The position numbers and the translations under genes were made by a program. From Octopus sinensis (taxonomy: Eukaryota), in contig NC_043010.1 of NCBI RefSeq assembly GCF_006345805.1, positions 9,672,001 to 9,736,000 on the forward strand: a stretch of 64,000 nucleotides of DNA, given 5' to 3'. The notes under the pieces were generated by a model that worked only from the letters and a program-made list of their open reading frames with translations, was not told the DNA's origin and ran no database searches. How positions within the stretch are numbered: the stretch's first letter is position 1; each line of letters starts with the position of its first letter. Shown here one piece after another: positions 35,699 to 48,394 of this stretch.

Positions 35699-35959
35699 TT
35701 ATATATATATATATATATATATATGTTGGTGCAATGTAAAAAGCACCCAGCACACACTGTAAAGAGGCTGGCATTAGGAAGGGCATCCAAACAGAAAGCA
35801 AGTCAAATCAACTGGAACCATTCAACACATGGCTGCATGTAAAAGGGTCATTAAAGGGTGATGATATTGGTGATGATGTATGTGCATATATATATGTGTG
35901 TGTGTTGAACCATTAATCCTTAAACATTTTCTCTCTCCTCATTATTATTAAATCTCTCT

Positions 35960-36105
35960 CCATTTCTTTTTCTCTCAAAACTTTGTGTGAAAGGGTGTTG
36001 ACTCGAAACATCAAAGACTTTTCCATTCTTCCCAAGGATCAAACTAATACACCTTGTTGTTGTTCCCTCACCTGTCTTCATCTTTTGTTTTCTGTAAATT
36101 TGAAC
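35960..36105 (+). mobile_element. Penelope-like repeat P2, diverged copy
   Basis: ctttgtgtgaaagggtgttgactcgaaacatcaaagac...cacctgtcttcatcttttg aligns with the reverse complement of 2151-2320. Confidence 0.5.
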
Positions 36106-36122
36106 TATATATATATATATAT

Positions 36123-36331
36123 ATAGTTAATCCAAACATGAAAGCATAAAAAACACAACAACGTGAGGACGTGGAACAAATATAGTATTATTGGACGCTC
36201 AGGAAGGAAGGGAAGAAGGAGGGTATAACGTTTCAAGCGGAGCTCTTCGTCGGAAACATAGAAGAAGGAAAGATCCAGAGAAGGGAAGACAGAGGAAAAA
36301 AAAATCGCCAACAGTACACACACGGTCACAT
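36123..36331 (-). mobile_element. Penelope-like repeat P1
   Basis: Homolog of 2499-2712; hammerhead-like motif at 36223-36257. Confidence 0.6.
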
Positions 36332-36399
36332 TTTGAATATATATATATATATATATATATTATATAATATATATACATATATATATGTATCTATATATA

Positions 36400-36614
36400 C
36401 AGGGTGGACCAAAAGTAGGTTTACAGTTATTCAACTATCTCTTTTGCATTCATATATTAACAGTTTAGATCTTAATTATAATAAAAATATGAAACCATTA
36501 TTCTATGCTAATTTAGGTAATTGTAAGATAGAAATTTAAATGTAATAAAATGTTTTAAAAACGAAATTTAAAGTGCCTACATGATAAATGTGAACCTACT
36601 TTTGGGCCATCCTA
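36400..36614. mobile_element. Tc1/mariner-type MITE
   Basis: TA|CAGGGTGGACCAAAAGTAGGTTTAC ... GTGAACCTACTTTTGGGCCATCCTA|TA: about 25-bp TIRs and TA TSD. Confidence 0.8.
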
Positions 36615-36677
36615 TATATATATAATATATATAATATATATATATATATATATAATATATATATATATATTATATAA

Positions 36678-36875
36678 CAGAAAGCTTTACGAAAATAAAC
36701 AAAAGACGAAGGCAGTGGAGTACAAACAAACAATTGTATTAGTATGGCACTCAGGAATAGAAATAAAACAAGTCTTTTACGTTTCGAGCCTACGCTCTTC
36801 AACAGAAAGACACACAGAAAAGAAACAAGGAGAGAAACAAGGAGAGAGAAAATAATGCGTGCAGGAGCTAACGAT
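36678..36875 (-). mobile_element. Penelope-like repeat P2
   Basis: Homolog of 2151-2320; flanked by (TA)n. Confidence 0.6.
36772..36811 (-). ncRNA. Minimal type-I hammerhead ribozyme-like motif (A6U core variant)
   Basis: GUCUUU-CUGUUGA-A-GAGC guag GCUC-GAA-ACGU-A-AAAGAC: 6-bp stem I, 4-bp stem II, palindromic stem III. Confidence 0.55.
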
Positions 36876-36904
36876 TCAACATGATATATATATATATATC
36901 AGCA

Positions 36905-37222
36905 GCAGCATCATTTAACATTTGTTTACCAAGCTGGGATCGGTTGCACAGTTTGACTGAGGACTGGCAAGCAAGGGAGCTGCACCAGGCTCCAATCTGA
37001 TCTGGAAAGGTTTCTACAGCTGGATGCCCTTACTAATGACAACCACTCCGATAATATAGTGGGTGTGTTTTATGTGCCACCAGTATGGGGATCAGTCAGG
37101 TGGCACTGGCAAAGACCATGCTCAAATGGTGCTTTTTTATGTGCCACCAGCATGGGACCAGTCATGCTCGAATGGTGCTTGGTTGATGCTGGTTCCACTG
37201 GACTGGCTCCTGTTCCACTGGC

Positions 37223-37225
<3 letters not shown>
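36905..37225 (-). mobile_element. RTE-LINE 3' UTR fragment, degraded
   Basis: catcatttaac tail, ggatgcccttact block and tttatgtgccaccag modules. Confidence 0.7.
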
Positions 37226-37270
<45 letters not shown>

Positions 37271-38338
37271 TAGCATATGATGGTTGTTGTCATTGGGTGT
37301 CCTACCATACTGACCATACTATGACTAATATTAGTACAACTCATATTAGGCATACCGACCGTGTAATTCAGTTCAAAATACAAATAGATTTTTAAGATCA
37401 ACACTAATTAGATTTTAGATAAAATATCTAAGCACATAACTAAGAAAATTACAAGATTTCATTGAGCAAAATATCAACACACAACCTTTCACATTGAACG
37501 ATTTCAGTGATTAACAACAAAACAGCTGATATTGCCCAAACCTGTAGTGTTTGGTACACTAACAGTGTCAGAATTTAAGTTTTGTTTACACCATCTTCTA
37601 TAAGTGTATTATTATTCTTGAAAACAAAATAAGATCGAAGTTAGATGATGATATTGTAAGGAAAAAATTATTGTAAACAAATTAGTTTTAGTTTAGGAAT
37701 TTTAAATTAATTTAAATGTACACCAGGTTAACATAAAAGTTTTGTGACTAGACTTGTACTCCAAGTAATCTAAATCAAAGTCCATTACCAGTTAAATTTT
37801 TAAATCCATTGTTTCAATACCCGGTTGAGATTGTAACTTTTTACTGAGTGGTACATATAATAGACAGAAATAATGTTTCTCATGCATTTATTTATCTGTT
37901 ATAGGCTTACAGCTGTTTCAGATACATGCTTGTATGTGTTCATGGTTCAATCTTATCAACTGATTAGTTGATCAGCTGAAAATATTGGGAACCAGTGGTC
38001 CAATGCTTCATCAGAACCAAAACAAATCTTCTGCCAAAGCAAAAGAAGAAAAGATAAAGGAAAGAATATGGTCAATGTGGCATTTTTTATATAGAACTGA
38101 GTCAGCTAATTTTTAGACATTGTTGGCTTTTACCAGTGCAGAAGAATGGAAAATACACTGCAAAGCATTTTGTCTAACAATCTAATGAACCTACCAATTC
38201 ATTGCCTGTGGTCATTCTATTCTATGAAGAAAACATATTGGTATATTTTTGTTATCGTACAAATACCACTGATTAACTAGTAGTAAGTATTGACCTAGAG
38301 GGAAGCTCTTTTTTGGCCCATTGATGGATTCTTTATGT

Positions 38339-38924
38339 CAGAGGTTCTCAACCATTTTTTGCCTATGAACACCTTTTGCTTCCTGTTTTACTCTACCAGA
38401 TCACCATAGCAGTTCAATATTTTGAAAAATCATATAGCAGTTTTATAATTAAACTGGCAGTATTGCCCGGCATTGCTCGGGTTTGTAAGGGAAATAACTA
38501 TATAAGCATTTTTAGAGAGTTATAGCCAAAAAATATTTTTAAAAATGGAAAAAAAATGATGGTAAATTTTTTTTTAAATCGTTGACTCATCGTAAAAATG
38601 ATGGTAAATTTTTTTTTAAATCGTAGCCTCATCGTAGACGCACGCTAATACCCAGAAGGGCTCGATATGAATCACGACTATAAGATACCCGGTTTTGGTA
38701 AAACTGCACCGCAAAATGTGGGAGTAGTTAGGAATCTAAATCGTAGGAGACAGACACAAAACCTTACTTTTATATATACAGATATTATTTGGTATTGTAT
38801 AAAAAAAATTGTTAATATATTTTGTTCACTGTAGAAATGTAACTGATTTATTGCACATAAATCTTAATGACAAAATCTTATAAAGACCCACAAGGTCCAT
38901 GTGAGCCCTTGTTGAGAATCACAG
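38339..38924. mobile_element. hAT (Charlie-like) non-autonomous element with nested Helitron
   Basis: Ends CAGAGGTTCTCAAC and GTTGAGAATCACAG; flanking 8-mers ctttatgt and ctctatct match 6/8. Confidence 0.55.
38454..38782 (-). mobile_element. Non-autonomous Helitron
   Basis: Minus strand A|TCTGTATATATAAAAG ... cccgagcaatgccggg hairpin ... CCAG|T; homolog of 61503-61899. Confidence 0.8.
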
Positions 38925-40369
38925 CTCTATCTAGTCCCTCAACATGCTAGAAAGGGTAGCCAAATCACACATGAATATATTAATAAAGGGCCCACTGGCT
39001 AATATAGTTTAGTGTATATAACACCAGAGAACCTACAGGACGCTCATCATTGGCATATATTTGATCCTATGCCTGCCCAATCAGGATAGGACAGAAACCA
39101 AAGAGCAACTGTTAGAGAAGGCATTATAAGATTGCTTGACCTGCTAGAAATAATAGTTATAAGTTCCCTCACGTCACTCCTATTTTAAAAAAAGGAAGTA
39201 CATATTGGATGATAAGCCAGTCCTAATTACTCTAGCTTGGAAAAAAAGATATGATGGTTACAACTGGAATGGCTTTTGTTATAGGTTTGACACAGGAGAG
39301 ATGTCTTGGAGATAATTAACAAGAACTATTGACTGTTTGTGAAGTCAACAGGTTTCCTATATGAGAACTCTTAGTCAGTAATTTGTATTTTTAATTAGGA
39401 AAAGGTAGATTTGCCGCAGAAAATTTTAAACTGGTATTTTTGTAGTCAATAGAAGAGCATTTTAATCTTACTGTGGTTTAAATCTTGTCACAACAATGCT
39501 GATATTATGTAAAACTGCATGTGCCATATCAAATGAAACTGGGGATTAATAATTCTACAGATATCATAAGGAATTAAAGTACTTGGTAAATCCATTGGAT
39601 ACATCAGTTTGGTTCAAATAGAATTTAAATCCATTGGAGGAGCTTCTCAAATAGGATATACTTTCACTTCAACTTTAGAGTAGAACACTATATAGGATTC
39701 AAAATTAAGGCAATTTATCTCATTTTTATTGAGGTTATTTAGCAAGCTTCCAACAAAACTATATTAACACTTTCATGATAATATTTCTAAGGAAATACAT
39801 TGTCTATGAGCTTAATTAATTTAAAAAATAATGAGAAATTACATTGAAATTTCATAAATCGACTTAATTTCCATTTTTAAAATGGTGTCAGAACATAATA
39901 TGTATGTAAAACATAATATAATGATGAAAGGTTTTTAAATTAAATATGTCCACTTAAAAGTTGGTGACTTTGTTTTGTAGAATCAAAGGTTATCTTTGGC
40001 AGTTTGGCATCAAAAGAGTTAAAATGGATAAAATGCATTTGTAGAATAAAACATATTGGAAACGGTCAAAGTTAACAAAGCCCAGCATGAATATAAGACT
40101 GCAAACATAAAACGTTTAATAATGTTAAAATTTGCTCGATATATCTTGGTAAGTTCTAGACAAGACTTAGTAAATTTTATAAATAATGTAAGACACATCA
40201 GTATAATTATATTTTTGAGAAGAAAAATTTAATTTAATTTAATTTGATTTAAAACAAAGCAATTAGCATAACTTACAAATAAACTGAAGTACATAGTATT
40301 CAAGCAAATATATGTGTACTTAATCCGTACAACCAATATATATGTGAATATATGTGTGTGTGAGTATGA

Positions 40370-40406
<37 letters not shown>

Positions 40407-40457
40407 GTTCTCCCCACTATCTCTCTCTATATATATATACACACACACATATACACA

Positions 40458-40490
<33 letters not shown>

Positions 40491-40493
40491 CAC

Positions 40494-40528
<35 letters not shown>

Positions 40529-41157
40529 ATACATACACATATATATATATATATATTATATATATATATAATATATATGTTACACATATATATACAAACA
40601 CACACATATATATATATATACATACACACATACACATAATTATATGCATACATATATATTATATTCATGTAAACATTTGTTTATGAGGCCATTGGCCCCA
40701 AATAGGAACTGGCTGGGACTGCGACTTACCAACATGGAAAGCAAACTGTAAATGATAATGTACGTATATGTGAGTGAGTGTATATACGTGCTCATGCACA
40801 TGCACACATGTACACCCACCCCCACACACAAATAATGAATGAAATAGATAAAAAGAGGCAGAAGAAAAACCTAAAAAAAGTTATAAGAAAATACAAAACT
40901 CAAAAAAAAATAACCTGGCCTTTACTTCTAAAACAGTGAAGGCTTTATAAAGATCTCATCACATTGATGAGTGTGTATGCGCATATCTGCATGCATATAT
41001 GTGTGTTGTGTCTGTGTGCTTGTGTGTGTGTACATATATACATACATATATGTATGTATATATATTTATGCACATATATATAAGGTATGCATATTCACAT
41101 ATATACATATATACATATATACATATATACATATATACATATATACATATATACATA

Positions 41158-41233
<76 letters not shown>

Positions 41234-41266
41234 AAACGAATATATAAAGAAATATACATAAAAAAG

Positions 41267-41303
<37 letters not shown>

Positions 41304-41322
41304 TATATACATATAGATATAC

Positions 41323-41357
<35 letters not shown>

Positions 41358-41362
41358 TATAG

Positions 41363-41403
<41 letters not shown>

Positions 41404-41404
41404 G

Positions 41405-41460
<56 letters not shown>

Positions 41461-42171
41461 CTTTTTTATGTATATTTCTTTCTCTAATTTAAGCTAAATG
41501 TCAGACTGAAAGCATTTTCAAATTAGATTAAAGCGGCTTATTGATTTTTTTTATTGATCTTTTTGTTACTGCTCGACACAACATTTAGTGTATCATTGTG
41601 TGTGTTTGTTCTTTTATAGTTCTTGTTTTTGCTGCTGTTGTTGTTGTTGTCATCATTGTTTTTCTGTAGCGGCTTCTGCTTATGCTGTTGCTGCTGCTCT
41701 TACTGCTGTAGATTATTTTGAAGTTGTTGCTATTTCTTTTCGATATTGCTTTTTTTGCATCTTATAATTTTGCTTTTCTTCAAATTCAAAATGAAGCAAA
41801 GAAATTAGGTTTGTTTGTCATTAGTTGTTTGTGGCAGAATGCAATTTATCTTTCTCAACTGTGGATGATCTACTGTAGACCGTTCTCAAGCAAAATGACG
41901 TTGACAACACAGCGCGTATATAGTCTTTATCAAACTGCTACTCCCACTCTTTCATTAGATAAAGATACCTATCAATGACTGCTTAAGTTTCTATGTGTTG
42001 TGTGTGTGTTTGTTTACATACATACATACATACATACATATATACAGATAGATAGATATGTATATATATATATATTTGTTTTGTATCTATATGTATATAT
42101 GTGTGGGTATATATATGTATATATGTGTGGGTATATATATATATAACATTTATATTTAGATACATATTATA

Positions 42172-42213
<42 letters not shown>

Positions 42214-42263
42214 CATACAAACAAACATATACATGTGCATATATATATACATGTATACATGCA

Positions 42264-42314
<51 letters not shown>

Positions 42315-42570
42315 ATATATATATATATACATATACATACATATAATATATATGTGTGTGTGTGTAATGTATCTGTAATATATATTTATATGTGTATATA
42401 TGTGTATACAAACAATGATATCTATCTGTCAATCTTCCCATCTTTTATCTATAAAAATCTTTGACTGCGACTGCATGGACATATCGCATACAGGCATACA
42501 CAAGCACATAGAAAAATAGAGACACAGAGCAAACACATTCATGTATATGTGCAACTCTACACACATACAT

Positions 42571-42649
<79 letters not shown>

Positions 42650-43068
42650 TATATACAGGTATATATGTATATATAATGTGTACATACTTACATATATACG
42701 CATATGTATGTGTGTGCAAGTGTATATATACATACACACACTGTGTGTGCATTCTTGTTGATAGCTTATGGCATGTTGAAAACTACTTAATAAATAGCTT
42801 TCTTTACATTAACTTCCAAGACTTCTATTAATGGCAGGATGTATATTGATTAAAGAAAGAACTACATGATAGCCTCATTCTGGAGGGAATTCTCTAGTAA
42901 CAATCACCAAAATATCTTGTAGATTTTATTCCTAGAAAAGAACCACCGACACCCACGACCCTCATCTCCTGCACAAATCTCTCCTTTTATTTCATAACAA
43001 TTTCTTTCCATTCCTTTTCAGGCATTTTATACATTTATATTAGGTATTTTTCTTTATTTTTCTTTCTT

Positions 43069-43196
43069 TTTTGTTGTTGTTGTTGTTGTTGTTGTTTTCC
43101 TTCTTCTTCTTCTTCTTCTTCTTCTTCTTCTTCTTCTTCTTCTTCTTCTTCTTCTTCTTCTTCTTTTTCTTCTTCTTCATTTTATTATTATTATTA

Positions 43197-43243
<47 letters not shown>

Positions 43244-43262
43244 GTTATTATTATTATTTTTC
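43069..43262. repeat. Compound (TTG)n-(TTC)n-(TTA)n microsatellite
   Basis: Read directly from the sequence. Confidence 0.97.
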
Positions 43263-43377
43263 TTTTTTTTTTGTTGATAATCTCAAATTCTTAGCAAACA
43301 ATACTTCCATCCTTGCCTCTTTTCCTCTTTATCTTTGACCTTTCTTTCACCATTCCATCACACACACAACACACAGG

Positions 43378-43683
43378 CATACATACATACGTACATGCAC
43401 ACACATACACACATCCATCTATATATACATACACTCACAAACACATACATACATACATACATACATACATACATACATACATACACTCACAAACACATAA
43501 ATACATACATGCATACATGCATGCATACATACATACATACACACACACATACATACATACATACATACATACATGCATGCATATATACATGCATACATAC
43601 ATACATACATACATACATACATACACTGTCTCCTTCTTTTCCTTTTTGTCTCATTCTCTGTCTGTTCTTCTTGCTGTTCTTCT
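43378..43683. repeat. (CATA)n array plus a 60-bp flank duplicated at 45491-45550
   Basis: cactgtctccttcttttcct(t/c)tttgtctcattctctgtctgttcttcttgctgttcttct follows both arrays. Confidence 0.85.
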
Positions 43684-43903
43684 TGCTGTTCTTCTTGCTG
43701 TTTCAGGTAGTTTGTGTGAGGAGATTTGAGGGGAAGAAAAATTAAGAAGGAATGTGTGGGGTGCAGAAGAAAAAGAAGAAAAAAAAAGGCGGGAGGGGAG
43801 AAAGGAAATGAAGAAGAGAGGAAGGAAAGATTAAGAAGTGAAAGGAGATGACACATTTGAATAGAATGAACTTAATATACACATATAACACTTAGATAAA
43901 TGC

Positions 43904-43936
<33 letters not shown>

Positions 43937-43992
43937 GGTATATATAAAGACACACACACATACATATATACATACATACATACATACATACA

Positions 43993-44028
<36 letters not shown>

Positions 44029-44209
44029 TATACATACACACATACAAATATATATATATATATACATATATACACACATAAACATACATATATATATATA
44101 TAAATATATATACATATGCCAATATATATGTATGCATATATACCAATACATATGTGTATGTATATCTATCTGTTTCTTTATCTTTCTCTATATCTACCTC
44201 TCTCTCTCT

Positions 44210-44250
<41 letters not shown>

Positions 44251-45050
44251 TATATATATACACATATATACATACATATATATACATATATATATATATG
44301 AGAAGAGAGAAAGGGAGAGAGAGAGAGAGAAAGAGTGAAAGGTGAGTTACAATAAATAAAAAAAAAGTTAATGAAATAAACTCTGACACACTCACCTAAA
44401 ATAAAATAGCAGAAATAGATGCTAAAAGAAGCAAGAGGGAGGGTTTGAAGTGATGGGTGGTGATGTAGCAGCGTACATTGAGATATCGAACCAGAGACAG
44501 AAAGAGCTGTCTCTCTTCAGTCAATACCAACAAACAATGAAGTGAAATCGGTAGTTTTGATGATAGGGCTATATAGTAGATCAGTCATCAGTTATTGTTG
44601 TTTAACCCCAGGTCAGAGCTGATTGAAGAAATCTATGATCAAAAGTGTTCCTGCTGGGATTCTTTTGTTGCTTTTGAATCCTTCTTTTCTCCATGGTGAA
44701 AAGTCAGCGTATGAATTTAATTTGTTGCTGCAGGCTGTTCATCACCTAAAATTGCTCGTAAGCTGAAACTATTTTTATTTAAAGGAGATTCAAGAGGAGT
44801 CATGGTGAATTTGAGCAGTGGTGTGTGCACTGAGCAAAAGTTAGACAGTGACTGATGCTCTTGGGCTGATATTTCCAGCTTGTCCTCAATCATTGCAATT
44901 TGTTTGTAATGAGAAGTATTTGTAAACCGAGGTTCAACTGATCACCGGATTTCATCCTTCTTTGGCCTTGTCAATGTTGGATACTCGACCAATAGAGCCA
45001 ATAGCAAAATCATCTCCTCATCAGCAATATATAGAATAACAGTGCTTGAA

Positions 45051-45362
45051 TACATACATACATACATATATGCATGCATACATAAATACATACATACATA
45101 TATACATACATACATACATACATGCATGCATGCATATATACATGCATACATACATACATACATACATACATACACACATACATACATACATACATACATA
45201 CACATACATACATACATAAATGCATACATACATACATACATGCATGCATATATACATTCATGCATACATACATACATACATACATACATGCATGGATATA
45301 TACATGCATACATACACACACACACATACATACATACATACATACATACATACATGCATACA

Positions 45363-45394
<32 letters not shown>

Positions 45395-45425
45395 CACACA
45401 TGCATATATACACACATACATACAA

Positions 45426-45456
<31 letters not shown>

Positions 45457-45550
45457 TACACACATACATACATACATACATACATACATACACTGTCTCC
45501 TTCTTTTCCTCTTTGTCTCATTCTCTGTCTGTTCTTCTTGCTGTTCTTCT
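45051..45550. repeat. (CATA)n array plus the duplicated 60-bp flank
   Basis: See 43378-43683. Confidence 0.85.
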
Positions 45551-45911
45551 GGTGTCACAATTAGCCAGTTAGATTCGGGAACTATTTGGCTGCTATTTCT
45601 AGCTTGCTGACACTACTGAGTTCAGCCTATGTTTGACTCTTTAGCATTCAGATTACTCTGTCACATATATAATTCCTTATTTATTCATGTTATTTTGAAT
45701 TTATCCTGCATTATCTTGCAGCTTCAAGATTTCGATGATGGGATAGTTTATTTCTAGAATGACATTGTAGGGTAGTGTGAGAGGCCTGATCTGGATGGTT
45801 TTATCATAAAACGGGTAGAATATGTGGGACTGAAATGGCCAGTTTAAGTACAAAAGGGTTATGTTTGCTGCAAGTATGTTTGTGTTGTTCAGACGTTTGC
45901 CTTTGTAACAA

Positions 45912-46487
45912 TCATCATCATCATCATCATCATCGTTTAACGTCTGTTCTCCATGCTAGCATGGGTTGGACGGTTCGACTGGGGATCTGGGAAGCTAGAA
46001 GGCTGCACCAGGCTCCAGTCTTATCTGGCAGTGTTTCTACAGCTGGATGCCCTTCCTAACGCCAACCACTCCGTGAGTGTAGTGGGTGCTTTTTACGTGC
46101 CACCCGCACAGGTGCCAGGCGAGGCTGGCAACGGCCACGGTCGGATTGGTGCAATTTACGTGCCACCGGCACAGAAGCCAGTCGAGGTGGTGCTGGCATT
46201 GGCCACAAGTCGGATAGTGCTTTTTACGTACCACCAGTCCAGGGGTCCAGGCATCTGCTGGGTGCCAGTCCTAGGATTGGTTCAATTTGATTTCGATTTC
46301 GATTTCACTTGCCCCAACATGTCTTCGCAAGCAAAGGGGGTTGGCATGGGTGCCTGTCGTCGGATGAGGTTCGATATCGACTTCGCTTGCCTCAACAGGT
46401 CTTTGTGTGTCCAAGGGAGGAAAGGCATGCATAAGTGGGCTGGGCTCACTTGTCCTGCCTGGTCTTCTCACGTACAGCATATTTCCA
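45912..46487 (-). mobile_element. RTE-LINE 3' end: last ORF codons plus full 3' UTR (family C)
   Basis: 46446-46487 minus reads WKYAVREKTRQDK*, like the RTE terminal DR..WR.AV motif; then UTR, 3 repeat modules and (GAT)n tail. Confidence 0.75.
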
Positions 46488-46689
46488 AACAATGACATTC
46501 AATATTTGAGTTGTCCTCAGCATGGCATCTTGAGCAAGGTTTTTTGAGTTAACTGAAGATTTGGGGGTGAAACTGGGTAGACAGGAAACTATATGGAAGC
46601 CTATTGGATGACTTGCATCTGTACTTCAAACAACCAGCCCTGTTACATTCAGTGTATAAATTATGTTAATGGTACATGTATCTTTGGAA

Positions 46690-46945
46690 TACTCAACCGC
46701 TTACGTTTTATATCATTTATCTTTTGCTTGATTGTGCCAATAGGTTGCTGCCATGCTGGGGCTTCATCTTGAAGAATTTTAGTCAAATGAGTCAAGTTCA
46801 GTAGTTATTTATTTTAAGCCTGGTACTTATTCTGTCAGTCACATTTACTGAACTGTTAAGTTATGGGGATATAAACACATCAGCACTGGTTGCCAAGCAG
46901 TGTCCAGGGACAAACACAGACACTACACACACACACATGCACTGA
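46690..46945 (-). mobile_element. SINE family B, degraded 3' half
   Basis: gctgccatgctggggc...tacttattct...aaacacatcagcactggttg. Confidence 0.6.
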
Positions 46946-47030
46946 AAAGACATCCAGAAGCAATATATGTGTGTGTGTGTATAAAATATATATACATACA
47001 TATATATACTGTATATATATATTATTATTA

Positions 47031-47148
47031 TTATTGAGAGAGCAGTGCATGCCATCAAAGTGACACTGGGATAAAATATACGAAGCCCAGTATACCCATC
47101 ATGACTACCCGTCTGATAAGGGTACACTAGGCACATGCATCACAACCA

Positions 47149-47150
<2 letters not shown>
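47031..47150 (-). mobile_element. Family E fragment
   Basis: Homolog of 6456-6580, between (ATT)n runs. Confidence 0.65.
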
Positions 47151-47185
<35 letters not shown>

Positions 47186-47203
47186 GAAGTCGGAATCTTG
47201 GGG

Positions 47204-47725
47204 TTAGATGAGTTAAAAGCAGCAATTCAAGAGAAACATCCAGAATTGGCCAACAGGAAGAGTGCTGTTTTCCAGCATGATAATGCAAGACTGCATGCAG
47301 CAATTCAAGAGAAACATCCAGAATTGGCCAACAGGAAGGATGTTGTTTTCCAACATGATAATGCAAGACCCCGCATTTCTTCGGAAACTAGACAAAAATT
47401 GTTGCAGCTCAGCTGGGATGTGTTACCCCACCCCCATATTCACCAGATATTGCTTCTTTGGATTTCCACTTATTCAGGACTCTGCAGAATAGTCAGAATG
47501 GTAAAAATTTCAATTCCTTGGATGACATAAAAAGATACCTTAATGAATTCTTTGCCATGAAACCACCTCAGTTCTGGGAAGAGGGTATTTTCAAGTTAAA
47601 GGAAAAAAGGAAATGCATTGTGCAACAAAATGGTTCATATTTGGTCGATTAAAAATGTAGCAGCAAATATTTATTGACCTTTTTCTTTCCTTTAAAAATC
47701 AGCACAAACTTTCCGGACAACCCAA
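47204..47725 (+). pseudogene. Mariner element 3' half: transposase C-terminus and right TIR
   Basis: VVFQHDNARP..LLQLSWDVLPHP(shift)YSPDIA..DFHLFRTLQNS..F..KPPQFWEEGIFKL..* ; end aaaatcagcacaaactttccggacaacccaa|TA. Confidence 0.92.
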
Positions 47726-47923
47726 TATAAATAGTAACGGTCCGAGTGAGTTGAGAGTTCTGAGTTAAGTTCTTGCTAGTTCACAGTGAAGTCACAAAAT
47801 GTCAGTTGGTTAGTGTACAAGGAATGTTGATTGTTGGTTCATAAAGAGATTTTTTAATTCATTGCATTGTTTTTACTGTTATCTGGTTGTCTTACTTATT
47901 GTACGTTACAATAAACATACCAT

Positions 47924-48318
47924 AGGCGCAGGAGTGGCTGTGTGGTAAGTAGCTTGCTAACCAACCACATGGTTCCGGGTTCAATCCCACTGCGTGGCAT
48001 CTTGGGCAAGTGTCTTCTGCTGTAGCCCCGGGCCGACCAATGCCTTGTGAGTGGATCTGGTAGACGGAAACTGAAAGAAGCCTGTCGTATATATGTATAT
48101 ATAAGTGTGTGTGTATGTGTTTGTGTGTCTGTGTTTGTCCCCCTAGCATTGCTTGACAACCGATGCTGGTGTGTTTACGTCCCCGTCACTTAGCGGTTCG
48201 GCAAAAGAGACTGATAGAATAAGTACTGGGCTTACAAAGAATAAGTCCCACGGTCGATTTGCTCGACTAAAGGCAGTGCTCCAGCATGGCCACAGTCAAA
48301 TGACTGAAACGAGTAAAA
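47924..48318 (+). mobile_element. SINE family B, full length
   Basis: Near-consensus head, body and tail. Confidence 0.9.
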
Positions 48319-48394
48319 CAGTAAACAGTATTTACTTTCAGTGCTTAGCCCTTCATTTTGCTTCCTGCTCATCACATCTCCTAACCAGTTACTA

